DNA of 64,000 nucleotides. Origin: Botryllus schlosseri. Its lineage: Eukaryota. Numbering within the stretch: the first letter of the stretch is position 1; the number at the start of each line of letters is the position of its first letter. The stretch covers positions 10,294,001-10,358,000 of the forward strand of contig CM119371.1 of the NCBI GenBank assembly GCA_051294905.1. Reading direction: 5' to 3'. Below are positions 42,187 to 55,398 of the stretch, in pieces. Below the pieces are notes generated by a model. That model saw only the letters and a list, made by a program, of their open reading frames with translations, was not told where the DNA came from and ran no database searches. Both the position numbers and the translations under genes were made by a program.

Positions 42187-42802
42187 GTGCAGACTAGATG
42201 ACCTTACTATAAAGGCCGTATCGCATCTCCGTCGTCAAAGCATCTCGATGGTGCAGGCGACAAAGAATACCATATCTCTCTCTGGTATGATTGGCCACGA
42301 GCTATTTTAACCTAGTGATCTAGCAAGGCATTTTCGTTGAGCAGTGTCTGTATTGTCTGTAGTGTCTGATGTTTCGGATAAACTTGACGAGATTCTTCGG
42401 AGTATCTCGGAGTCTGGGATTGAGCTCTTCGAAGTCGGAGGGAGTTTTCCTCGGACACCAAAGTTGTCGGACGGATTCGGAGTCTCGAAAAGCACTCTCC
42501 GCTCATCACAGCCGCTTATGCCAGGGGTCGCTAACTCAAAACGAGTCACGGGCCACTTTTCAAATTTCGTGGATGCCGCGGTCCGCATGAATTTAATATC
42601 GAGATAAAATAGACAACACAGATGAACAACGACGCTATCTCATCTCCTAGCCAGCCCTGATGAATTGATATATTGGTAAATTTTGGGTATACCGAGCTTA
42701 CCGAACGCCTTGAAATATTAATTAAGGATTGCACCGTGAATTGATTGATCACAGCATAGTGTCTTATCACAGTGTCCACATTATGGTCCTTAGAACACTA
42801 TA

Positions 42803-43432
42803 GTCCTAGATGGTGTGAACACAAGCAAATCTCACGGCTCAGTGAAATTGGTGTACGTCACACTTTCCCTTTCGTCAAAGGCAATTTGACGGTAATTTTT
42901 GACCGGCTTGCCGAGCATTTAATTTGATAAAATGGGTATCATTTGAAAGCTACCGCGGTACTGATTGCGAAAATATAAATTCTATTCTACTCGTGGTCCT
43001 GGAACCCCCCAAATCAGCTTCGAATGTTGCATTGTAACGGAGTTTGGTATTGTGACGCAACCATGCCGTCTTGGAGCAAGCGTATTGGCCTTTGTTGCGC
43101 AACATATTAAGCATTCACACTCTTACTCTCGTGCGTGCGCGCTTGCTCCTGAGCTGCTCAGACGGCATGGCTGCGTCACAATACCAAACTCTGTTACAAT
43201 GCAACATTCAAGGCTGTTTTTTTGGGTGGGTTCAAGAACCTCGAGCAGAATAGAATTTATATTTTTGCAACCAGCACCGCGGTAGCTTTCGATTGATACC
43301 TGTTTATTGAAATTAAATGCTCGGCAAGTCGGTCGAAAACTACCGTCAAATTGCCCTTGACCAAATGGAAAGTGTGACGTAGACCAATTTCACTGAGCCG
43401 TGAGATTAGCTTGTGTCCACACCATATAGGAC
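42803..43432. mobile_element. Foldback-type MITE with ~280-bp inverted arms and ~60-bp spacer
   Basis: aatctcacggctcagtgaaattggt / accaatttcactgagccgtgagatt; gaaagctaccgcggt / accgcggtagctttc; gagtttggtattgtgacgca / tgcgtcacaataccaaactc. Confidence 0.92.
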
Positions 43433-43787
43433 ACTCTGATCAGAGAGAAGCAGACATGGCGGAACCTGTATGACAATGCTGTTCTCAAATCCACATTATA
43501 TCCTCGTCATTAACGGCGAGAAATGGCTTTCAAGTGACATTGCTGTCGTTAAAATACATTCATTAAATACGATTTATTCCTTGTATATGTGGATAAATGG
43601 GCGAATAATGTTTTGGTTCGGCAATCCGGCCCGCCAAGTACTTAATTTTCCTATATCCGGCACGCCAACTGGAGAAGTTGCCCGCCCCTGGTGTTGATCG
43701 TATTGTCGTGAGCGATGGCTTGAGCTTCGTAATGCGCAGTGGTACCATGTAGTAAAGAAACACACGCGTAGCCATTGAGTCTTAACA

Positions 43788-43791
<4 letters not shown>

Positions 43792-43824
<33 letters not shown>

Positions 43825-46800
43825 TTTATTCATCATCGCAAAATAACAAAATAGGCAACAAAATAGCATAAACTTCAGAAACACGGACACATACAACAAA
43901 ATGGTTACAGTGGCAGTTTCAAGGCAAATGAGATGTGTACGAATACGATATACAATTCATAGAATAGGCCAAGTGCTATGTCTTACGATTGCAAGATGAA
44001 GCTGCAGCGAAGTGATCTGTTAATCATCGAGTCTACTGCAGCTGATTGAAGTAGATTGGCTATAAATTGCATACATCATACTGCAACAGTGAGTTGTAAG
44101 ACTGACAGGATAAATGTAAGAGCACATGTTAGGATAAACGGAGGAAAAGAATAAAAAGTGTACTAGTCTGAACCAAACAGGATATGTTAACCTATACTAG
44201 TTCGCACTAGAAATACATTTTAGCTTTTGTATGAATCAGTAAGGAAGGCACGATACATGGTTTTAAATACGTATAACGTATTGCTCCTAATATGGGAAGG
44301 AATGGAGATCCATATCAGAGGACCTTGATAGGCAATGGTTTTGTGATGAGCCTTAGGTAAGTACAGATTCATAACAGAACCTCTTGTAAAATGAGAATGA
44401 TGTTCACTGATAGGTGTAAAGTAGTCAGAGAAAATGTCAGGTAGGGTGTTATTGTAGAACTTATGCATCAGAATGCCGACTTCAAATCTATAAATATCAT
44501 CAATTTTCAAGATTTTTGAATTATAATATAGAGGGTTAACGCGATCTCTACGATTGGCAAGGCATATTAGTTTGATGGCTTTATTTTGCAGACTCCTAAC
44601 TCGATCCAAATGTTTCGCCCATGTGGATCCCCAGAGAATGATACCATAAGTTGGATGAGAGTGAAATAGGGTATGATAAATCATTATTCGTGTGGACTGT
44701 GGTAAAATAAAACGTGACTTTCGAATGATACCTATGGTTTTAGATAGCTTGTTGCAAATAGAGGTTATATGTTCACTCCATGTCAGATTGTTATCAATAA
44801 CTATACCTAAATAATGTATGCTTTTCTGCAGAATCAGGCTTTCCCTATTGAGCCTTATTTCAATCTTACTATTCGAATTCCTTCCAAAGAGCATACAGTG
44901 AGTTTTTGAGGTATTTATGGTTAATCTATTGTTATTCATCCAATCCAATATTTTTTGCAGGTTTGAGTTGCAAGAGGACTCTAAGTCAGTTATATTGTTC
45001 GACGGCACCATCAGAGATGTGTCATCTGCAAATAACTGGATAGTAAAGTCAGATGCATTATTTAAGTCATTTATATAGATCAAAAACAAGAAGGGACCTA
45101 AAACGGATCCTTGTGGTACACCCATTTCAACCATTGATTTATCCGATGGAAATTCATTACTTTTGACAAATTGGCTTCTATTGTTCAAGTAGGACTCCAA
45201 TAGTTTGTACATCATTCCTCTAAATCCATAGTGATGTGATTTGCCTAGTAGTATAGTTCTACCGACTGTATCAAATGCCTTTTGCAGATCTAGATAAACA
45301 CAAATGGTTGATAGCTTGATAAACAAGCTCTGATAGATGTTATCAACACTCTCAACTACTGCATGCAAGGTTGAGTGGTTTTCTCTAAACCCAAACTGTT
45401 TTTTAGATAACATATTAAATTCATCTGTGAAGTTGATTAATCTAATTAGCATTAATTTTTCTAAAATTTTAGAGAAGACTGGTAATATTGATATTGGTCT
45501 ATAGTTGGATAACTTGAGTGGATCTCCTTTTTTCAAAACTGGAGTCACACGTGCTACTTTAAGACAATCAGGAAAGATCCCAAGTTCGAAACATTTGTTA
45601 ATCAATACAGTGAGGGTTGGCGCTGTTATGAATATGGTTTCCTTCAAAATATTAACAGGAACACCATCAGGTCCTGTTGCCGAGTCTCTTTTTAGATTGT
45701 GCACAACTGTGATGATCTCATTCTCTGTTGTTGGTTCAATGAAAATTTAGTTAGGTTGTGGCCTACCTAGGAAGTTCTTGTAGGTTCTAGATAACACATG
45801 TTTATCTGCAAGATTTTTTCCAATGTTCGCAAAGTATTCATCAAACTCATTGCATATATCTTTCTCAGCAGTAATAATGACATTGTCATTACTGATTTTC
45901 GATGGAAATTTTTTTGGTTTGGAGGTTTTGAATAATCGATTAAAGAGATTCCAGATTTCTCGTTGATTCCCTTAAATCTTCTGGAATTGGTCCCGATAAT
46001 GATTGCTTTTAGATTTTTTCTTCACTTTGGTAAGAATATTAGTGTACTTTTTGTATAAAATTATTTTATCAGCATTGCCTGATAAAAAATGACTTTTATA
46101 TAGTTTACGTCTAGTTGCTATAGATTTACGGATTGCATAAGTGAACCAAGGTTTGGTAGAAAACCGCCGTTCTTTGCGCGTTAGTTTGCGAAGCGGTGCG
46201 TATTTATCCAACAGTGAATTAATACAACTTATGAATGAGGTAAAGCATTGGTTAATGGTATTGGGTTCGGAACTGCAGTCGGGTTGTAGGTCAGTTATTG
46301 CTTCAGTAAGTTCGGATGAAAACAAATCGATTGAGAGTCTTCTATAGTCGCGAATAAAAGATATTTTTGGTTTAACTCCTGGAGAGGTATTAGCAATCTT
46401 ACAGAATATTGGCAGGTGATCAGATATGTCACTGATCAGTATACCAGAGTCGTGCTGAGAGTAGTTGTTCGTAAAGATATGATCAATCAGCGATTGAGAC
46501 TTTTGAGTTATTCTAGTAGGGTCATTTATCAGTGATTGACAAGAATAGTTAGTTATAAGATCGGCTAATTCCCTAGAGTATTTATTTGATGTTTTAAGAA
46601 GGTCGATGTTGAAATCTCCTAGCAGGTAAAATTTCTTATGCTGTACAGTAAGCTTTTCTAAGCAATTCTCAAGAGCTTCAATAAACTGATCCAATGGTTG
46701 GTTGGGGGGTCTGTAGATAACTCCTATGACAATATTAGATCTTCTTTTGTTGCAGGTCAAGGGGGTCTCTATCCAAAGTTCTTCACAACTTTTTAGTTTT

Positions 46801-47651
46801 AGATCAAATTCAGTGATAGTTTGAAATTGGATATTACTTCTAATGTAGAACCCCACTCCCCCAACTATGTTTGGAGAGTTTGCATTTATGAATGAGTATT
46901 CATCTAGGCCAATTTCATACGGTAGGACAGAGGCTAGTCGAGTTTCACTGATTGCAATTATGTCAGGTTTATGACTAAGATCTGTAATTATTGAGGAAAG
47001 AATCCCTATGTTCCTAGGTAGAGATCTCACATTTGCATGTAATAACAACATAAAAGGACTATCATCAAACAAGCAATTGAGGTTTTCAATGTTATGATAA
47101 CTAGTACTATTAGGTAGGTTCATTCTCGGTGACCAAAGGTATTCTTGAGAAAGTTGCACATTGTCAAGCAAAGAAAAAGGTAGTATGGAGTTAATGCATT
47201 GAGAACAATAGTAGTTCTCTTCGGATGATCCAAGATAATTGAATTGAAGATTAATCAAATTACTACACTTAATATGGAGCCAAGAATCACATAAATCACA
47301 GTAAATAACTCTCTGATTGGATTTACAGGGTTGTCGGCAGAAGCCGCAAGGAAACCTAATAGGCATGGCTATCAGACAATCTCATCATCATAGATCCACT
47401 TTTTCGTATTATAGCAAAATGTTGTACCTTGACAAGTCCTCATCAGTTTTGATTGACATAGCTCGTTCATCGTCATTCTTTTTCAGGTAGGTAAATCCAT
47501 GTCCAAATGTATTTAAATGCATTGACTTTTTGTACTTGAGACAGGCATTGAATCTTGTACGGTTTGACTTTGTGAGGCTTTCATTGATATAATTTTTTCC
47601 TTGCTGAAGATTGCGTTCAGTCTGAGTGAAGTTATGCATTCGGGTATGCAT
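43792..47651 (-). mobile_element. Non-LTR retrotransposon (CR1/L2-group LINE), 5'-truncated in ORF1, with (TC)n tail
   Basis: ORF1 C-terminal remnant (YINESLTKSNR), ORF2, ~400-bp 3' UTR, then aataaa followed by (tc)n at 43792-43821 on the minus strand. Confidence 0.92.
44220..47366 (-). pseudogene. LINE ORF2: PHD finger + APE endonuclease + reverse transcriptase, two in-frame TAA stops
   Basis: PHD CGFC...CDLCDSWLHIKC...YYCSQC; APE HANVRSL, ISET, GVIYRPP, GDFNIDLL, IDHIF, SDHLP; RT DLQKAFDTV, GVPQGSVLGPFLF, FADDT. The two listed ORFs share one frame, with stops at 45972-45974 and 45747-45749. Confidence 0.95.
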
Positions 47652-49740
47652 TCGCTACGTAATGCGCGAAGATTACAACTATTTGATGGATTACATGCAT
47701 GCTAATTGTTCAGATAGGGCTACAAAATATTTGGAACAAATTATTATTACTCATTGACCGCGCCAAAGCCTATCCACGGAATCACGCAGTAGCGCATTGT
47801 AGCTTGACTCAAACGATGACTGCATTTTAGTAAGTCTTTAACGTAATCGCTTTTAAGGTGATCATTATGGCGATTTGTTTTATAAGTCAAAATTTTGCCA
47901 AAATTGTAGCTTTAGGTCGAAAAAGTGTCAAAATTGTAAAGTAAAACAATTTGAAACCTGCATTTCCTCTGTATCGTAGATGTTTGCACTGTCGTTGATC
48001 TTATCATTTTACATTTTGCAGCATGCAGCCTACTACCGTTGTAGACGGCCGATTGTCTGCTCATTCTGGATCATAAACGGTCGAATTACACAAATAGGTT
48101 AACATGGTGTTATGCTCAACGTACCGCAACATCCTAATTGAGGCAAGACTGCGTTGGCATTGGTTCTTATATCAAGAAGCGCATGATGAAAAATTGTGAT
48201 ATAGGTAGACAACATTGCCAGAATGAAGCAAGTTATAGTTTTAGGTGATTATCCTGTGTGTTGGTGCGGTTATGTGTTTTGTAAACTCAAACAAGCAAGT
48301 AGCAGCTCCGTATAATGTCAAAATTTTGAGTAGTGGGGAATGAAGGCTCCGAAAAATCTGAAGTGGGGAATGAAGACAAAAAGATTGGCAACCACTGCTC
48401 TATGGGGTTGCAACATGCGGATGCGGGGCTATTAGACAGAGGTATTTGAGAGGCAACCCTGTCCGGCCTGGAGATTGGAATACATGAGGATTTGACCAAT
48501 ATGGAGCTGGGCAAAGTGTTGTGCGGAGAAAATCGGAGGCTATAAAATCTTGGCCCAAAATGACCGTCGCGTGTTGGCCCAGTAAACTCTTTACAGACCA
48601 AAGATGTAGAAAAGCTGAGTCGATATAGTAGATATTAGATCTCGGCACGTAGGAGAAAGGGGGATCTTGTGTCGACTCAATTCAACGTCTTTTCTATATC
48701 CTTCAATAATGTAAATATTATGCAGATGCTACAGCCTTTAAACATGGTGAGTAGAATGTAGATCCTACATTAGAAGGAGATCCTGATATATTAACCTGTT
48801 TTCTACCACTGGGTATAACCTGATCACGGCTGCGTACACACACAAACACCACATTATCTACTACATATTAATCACATTTGCGGTAATTTAATTCGAAACG
48901 AATTGGCAAGTAAATAATGCCGGTGTAAAAAATGAAACGAAGGAATGCCAAGTAGCAATGAATGAAACTGAGAACAGTCAGTATAATCAGAAGGTTTCAT
49001 CGTCTGATGAGGATAATCCCTCTGGCGTTTTCTTTTCAACACCGTGCAGAAATAAAATGAAAATGACGATTAATAGCTAAGACATTCGTACTGCAAAAAT
49101 GGCAGAGGTAGCGAGTAACGAATGACTCCTACATTTTTTTTCACCCATACTTACTAAAATGGATTTGATTCTGGACTATTTCCATTTAAGTTTTTAAGTT
49201 TTTTTTTATAATATTTTTTATTATTATAGGACTAGAGAACTGACTTCAACCGCCACTTCTACTTGATTATCAAGATCAACAATGACTACTTCAGCAATCT
49301 TTGAAAACAGCCACTAACACTAAAAGAATTCTTGAGTAAAATTTCTTCACAATCTGTCAAAAATGATCAATTCAACAATCGAAATGAATCAGTAATTTGG
49401 CAGCTAGTTGGAGAGATATATACTCAAGTCTAGAAAGTGGAATGATACTCTGCCTGGAAAGCTGAATACCTAACAATATTGTGTACAGAGAACAAAACAT
49501 TTGAGTGGCGGCACTGGTATAGACAATAACAAATTATTAGAATTGACAGCAAGATAACCAGCAAGACATTAAAATGAGAATTAGTGCAGTTTCTTAGGCT
49601 GTAGTGATACTCAACCAGGAAAGTAATTGACCTAGCAGAGAGCAAAACGTTGTAAAAAAGCAAGCGAAACCTCCGGCAAATGATATACGATAAAACATTA
49701 GAATCGACAGTCTTACTAGAAGCAGAATAACAATCATGAG

Positions 49741-52247
49741 CAGTGGCGGCTCGTCCTATAGGGCAACTGGGGCATTGCCCCACCTAAAATTCTGTTCAAT
49801 AACAATTTAACCATTTATAGACGCACAGCGCTCAATATATATCGAGATCACAGCGAAACCCGCGTTCTTCTTGTGCTTTCGCTTGCAAATGCCCATACAT
49901 AGCGAAGTCTCCGCGAAAATCGAATTCTCTTCGGTGTTTTCGCTTTGTGAATGCCTAGCCGGGGCTTGCCCCGGTAGCGCTCATAACAAGCTTTCACTAT
50001 CTATTCTCTCAAAGCTGCGCACAATTAAGAAACGTTGCTTTACTCTCTCCTATTCGTAAAATGGCCGAGCAACCGGGGCAAATATGCTTGCTCGCCCCTA
50101 AGGTGTGATGTAACAATCGTATCTATATCTGAACTCGGATACCGTGATATGCGTTGAGTCGACCGTTGCTGGTACAGGTCGATTTTGATGGTGTTTCACA
50201 CCATGATAATTCTTGAAACTTGGTATGTCATGTCGTGATGGTGGTATTTAACACTGTCCTAAGTTTCAGGGTTTCTACTCAAAGTTTAGGGTAGTAATTC
50301 CGTTTCCAAAGTCGAGTGTGTGCTCATCGGTCATGTATCGCAAACATATTTCACGCAAAGCCGGTATTGGTCTCCATTGATTTTAACGATGCTCCTTAGC
50401 TAGATCCGTCATGAACTTTTACATGGTATGTCTTGATTTTAGTATCAAACGCTGTGCCAAGTCTCAAGGTTGACACTCAATGATTAGGGCAGCAATTTCG
50501 TTATTAAGTTCGAGTATGGTAGAGATGTGCGCTGATCTGACACTTAGCCTACCTAACGCATTGCGGATTTCACGCAAAAGCCGGTGTATCTGTGTTCCAT
50601 ACTGAGATAGGTGATGAGATGATGATATCATGAAACAGTTTACTAACATCCTCGGTTTGCATTCAAATATTTAGTTTTATTTTATATTCTCCAATGTCAA
50701 TTTCACCGTGGAATGGTGGCCTTCGGGCCATTTGCTCACAATTACAACCCCTGTCAAGCGCGATAGCTGTTTCGTTTTCGATGGCGGCTAACAGCTGATC
50801 GCTTGATCAGCCGATTCCTCAGTAAATATTACGCAAAATTCGGCGTTGATCTGTTCGTATTAATTTTGACAGTGTACCATACCGAAAACGGTCATGAGGC
50901 TATACTTCTCGATGATTTCATGTAACAGTGTACCAAGTTTTCGGCTTTCATCCACGTATTTATTCGGTAATATATTTTCCGAAGGCGATTTTGCAGCAGA
51001 CATGTAGACACTACAGACCGTAAGCCGTATGTGTCGTGTGACAGTCTCCAGCCTCAAGGCCAGAATCTCCCAAGCTGTACCGGGACCGAATTTCCGAGGC
51101 TGCTATCCGTAGTTCTTCAGAATGATGTTTTGGATTCAATATGACATTTCCTTGTCCAATCTATGAGATAACAATTGCGTATGTGTCCGAACTCGTTGAC
51201 CTTTCCAGTTAGGCATACGCAATCTCTCGATTTATAGTCATTTCCATTTCTGCAGATAAGTAGTCAGGTCAAGTGCGAACATGAATCGTGTTGAATCTTT
51301 GCTCCGTACGCCGTTTAGCCAGCTGCCTTTAGAGCAAAAATTAGAGGTAAAGCGACTAGGTCCGTATCAGCCTAGAAATTGCCCATTGATCCAATCGTAC
51401 GCCGGAGGAAAACGCAGGAAAACGCACTCGTGCCTTTTCTTCAGCGCATTTCGATAAAAATGAATGGCTTACTTATGGCGAGGATAAAACGCCTTGTTTT
51501 GCTTTTACTGTCTTTTATTCGACAGTGCCGGTACCGAAGCAGTGGCTCTTGTTGGAACAAAATTGGTTATCGCGATCTGAAGCATTTGTCAGAGCGTCTG
51601 AAAACGCACCAAAAATCCCAAGTGCACATGGCTAGTGCACTTAAATATAAATTGTTTGGCAGAGTAAATGTAATGTCGCAGCTCAATGAAAGTTATCGCG
51701 TATCAGTCTGCAAGCACAATGAGCTTGTAGATAAAAATAGGCATGTTCTCTCTCGGGTGATTGATGCCATTAAATTTATTGGAGTTCATGAATTGCCCTT
51801 TCGAGGCCACGATGAGAAGGAATGCTCTCTCAATAGGGGGGTATTTTTGGATCTAATTAAATACACGGCTTCCATTGATAGCATTTTGCGCGAACATCTC
51901 GACACCGCGACAGTAGCTAAGGGTACCTCAAAGACTATTCAAAATGATGTGCTTGATTCGATATATCACATCTATCTAAAGCATTTGTTTACCGAGATTG
52001 TTGACGCTGAATTTCTATCTATTCAGTCTGACGAAACAACTGACATTACAATGAATAAAACATTTGTTACCGCACTTCAAGTCACGCCACCGGCAAACCT
52101 CTCGCGGCACCTACGTTAAAAATCATTGTTTACGGGAAATTCATGTGGCCATCATGAACGTTGAAAAACGCTACTGTGATGTCATATTGATAACAAGTCG
52201 CTTGCGGCCCTTGCCCCACTACCCGATATTGTCACGAGCCGCCACTG
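49741..52247 (+). mobile_element. Internally deleted hAT transposon (ZMYM1/DUF4371-type transposase)
   Basis: Perfect 14-bp TIR cagtggcggctcgt / acgagccgccactg; TSD atcatgag at 49733-49740 and 52248-52255. Confidence 0.95.
51281..52050 (+). pseudogene. Truncated, frameshifted hAT transposase (TTF-type Zn finger + DUF4371, through the first catalytic Asp)
   Basis: MNRVESLL...KRLGPYQP, WLTY...FCFYCLLF, LKTHQKSQVH, ELPFRGHDE...NRGVFLDLI, TSKTIQND, SIQSDETTDI; duplicated ggaaaacgca causes a frameshift. Confidence 0.9.
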
Positions 52248-53787
52248 ATCATGAGGGGTTAGAAAACAGAAGCCCGGGAAGAGACCATCAGAAATTACTG
52301 CATACTGGCCGAACAAATCCATGACCACTAACAAATTGTCTTTTAATAGTCAATATTGATACCAAATGACACCACCCCTATTTCACCGCAACATTTAGCA
52401 AATACAGCGTTGGAGTCAACCTTATATAAGCGCTAACCAAACGCCCATTAGTTTTCCCACCTACTACTTCGCGGATGGAAATACGCATTAAAGCGAATGG
52501 ACGCGACTTGTCACACTCTTGCTATTTTTGCTCCTTTTTTCTCTTCGTTCCTCTTGAGGAGAGAAACAGTCGGCCGCGTTTACGGATCGTGAATTCCCGG
52601 CTTACGGGTGATTCTTCCTCCAATGGTCAGCACCTTGAAAATTGAGAACAATGTTGTTGCAAAATGCATGACAATTTGAAAGTTACATCATTCTGATTAT
52701 TGCAGTTATGGCCGTGAATCGTTACAAGTGCGGTAACCATAAGTATTATTACTATACTTCAATTACAATATATTGTATAAAATAATCAACAATTCTTTTA
52801 CGTTGATCGAGTCCCAAATAGATGAAATATGTCAAAGAATTTGTTAAAATTTTTTGTATAATTTGACAGATTCCGAAATCTTCTCAAAGTGCACCTTTCA
52901 AAAATTTGATTTCAAGACTCCCAACATTTTACAATTCGAAGTTGGATGGCTTAACCAATACAAGTGAACAGTTTGTATCGAAATTGACAATTATGTAGAG
53001 AACGCTGCGAGACATGTGAGTAGGCCTACCCTTAAACGTTTCTCTGACATGGACATTAGGGCTCTTAAAAATTTGAAAATTTTCTGTTCACCCCATGTAG
53101 GCCTAAGTGTTAGGTTATGTATAGAAACGATGTTCATCAAATTTGGTTCGATTCAAACAACTGGAAGCGGAGTTATTGCCATCGAAAAATTTTGGATTTG
53201 AATAAAATAGTATTTACGGTGGGTACCACTATAATAAATAATTAAAGAATTGTGTCACGCTGTCATACTGTTCTTCGGGTTTCAATAACGTTTATCATGA
53301 AGGTACTTTTGAAAGCAGTATCAAAATTTTGTACCACCAACCAGTTATTCAATTACTATTTATATTCAAAGTAAATGCTCATTGCATGAAGCAGTTGTTG
53401 TAATGACTCGAGTCATGATTTTCTGTTGACTCGACTTGACTCAGGTCATCTTCTCAAAGTAGGGAAATGACTTGACTCATTGCGCATGACTTGAGACTCA
53501 GACGGCCAAGACCGACATTTCATGGTTATTTCAAAGAATAGTATAGTAAACCGCTATTGGGATTTCGTCTATTGACACTGGTATTTGAAAGTGTGACCAG
53601 AAACTGCTAAATGTAAGGAAAATTAGTATATTATAAATGCGACCCACTCGATATCACAAAAAAATGTAAAAAGCTGGTTTAACAGGACTTAAATTGAAAA
53701 CTGAGCAGCTAACACAATGACTTAGACTCTGACTCGAGTCATAATACCATAACTCGGTGGTGAATTGAAAATGACTCGAGTCAAAAC

Positions 53788-55059
53788 TAGAGCCCGACCG
53801 ATATTGGATTTCTGAGCCGATACCGATAAGACCGATATCCAGTACCTCTACCGATAACCCCGATATATTTAGCCGATATTCAAAATATATGGAATCTAGC
53901 TCAAGACCCATATTTAACACCTCAGAGCATTTATTTCAACAACTTTACAGCCATTGATATGCTTGATTATGAAATACATGATCTAGGAGCTATAAAAATA
54001 TATCAAAAGCACCAATCCAGCAGTTGCAGATTACAGTTCACGAAGCACAATTTCTCGGCCCTTTTTCCAAGGAGTCAACTTTTGTGGTCTTCCATAAATG
54101 ATGTATATAGTACTAAACACAGTGAGCAGTCTTTCACTTGGTACCATAGTTAGTGGCACAGCAAGAATTGGAAATCTTTCTTCATTTCGGTTCCACCGCT
54201 CCCTTGGAGGAGATCTTTCCTTCAATGGTTTCACCAAATATTATTATTGATATTCTTCTGGCAGTGTACCTGGAGCCTTCAGCACATCATTAACAAATAA
54301 CTGAAGAGAATGTGCAAAGCAACTGAAATTGTCCACGTCTGCAACTGCTCCACCCATCCCCCTCGGGCCTTGACCATGACCAGCATTTCAACAATCAATT
54401 GATCAATATTTTACGCTCGTTTGTCAGAATTCGCCAATGTCATCGTGGAATCCAAAATTTTCGTATCAATTATTGGCTTTACTCCACGTTTGCTTGATTT
54501 TCTTGCCCTCTATGCTCGCATATTTCCTATCATGGTGGCCCCGCAGGCCTCAGTCAGACGACTTCATATATTACTGGTATAATTAGCTCTGTTGGTACCG
54601 AACCAATAGCCCCATCTTCCCAGAAATGTTTCGACGCGACGCTTTTCTCTATCATCACGAGGGTCAGTCCAGCATGATTGAAGTTCTCATTTCTCTTACT
54701 GATTGAAATCTTCAGCAGACAACTATCAATCCACCTGCTCTCTCTGTCTTTGGTGATCGATTACTGCAGGGGGATTCCCACGAAGTCAGTGGGGCATAAC
54801 GGTGGTTAGTTATCTAATATTTTTCAGATAGGCACGCCTACTGCCTGTATGCAGTATGCACTGTATGCAGCTTGGTCATTTATTTTTATAATTTACCGCC
54901 CTCACGTCTTCTATCGACTTCTCTGACTCCCTGTCACAATGTTGTGACGTCACGAAAATGGCCGATATTTTTTTACCTTCAATGGCCGATACCGATATTT
55001 CTCTCCAAGCGTGATATCGACTCGATATTATCGGCGAGCCGATAATCGGTCGGGCTCTA
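53788..55059 (-). mobile_element. Element C: deleted Ac/ZBED-type hAT with (CCGATA)n subterminal repeats
   Basis: TIR tagagcccgaccgat / atcggtcgggctcta; TSD gtcaaaac; minus-strand remnants SCFAHSLQLFVND and WNRNEERFPILA..LTMVPSERL. Confidence 0.92.
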
Positions 55060-55398
55060 GTCAAAACTATAAAAGTGAGATTGACTCAGTGTTGGGATCA
55101 AGTCACTACCTTCGAGTCACGAGTCATTTCGAGTCATTGCAGATTTTGACTCGAGTCAAGTCAAGTCAATCGGTTTTCACAGATGACTCGAGTCAAGTCA
55201 AGTCACTCGTTTTTTGGAGGTGACTCGAGTCAAGTCGAGTCAAGTCAAGTCAAGTCACGAGTCAAGTCACGATTCAAGTCAAATTGAATTTTCGAAGTAT
55301 GAGTGATGATGCAAAGTTACTACATTTTGCTAACTGGGTGAAAAACAGAATAATTGGCCATTTAATTAGAATCGAATAACGAATATAAAGGTAACTAT

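Larger units (their letters stand above)
39539..42283 (+). mobile_element. tRNA-derived SINE (related head/core) split in two: 39539-39703 and 42195-42283
   Basis: tgtgtaatgg A-box-like, ggttcgatccc B-box, ccgggtcagaccaaagac core; resumes after the duplicated gtgcagac and ends in (tc)n. Confidence 0.8.

Noticed and set aside
48900..52340. Possible decayed retroelement coding sequence flanking the hAT (SPGRD motif near 52277)
   Set aside because: Too many stops and too little motif evidence to call.
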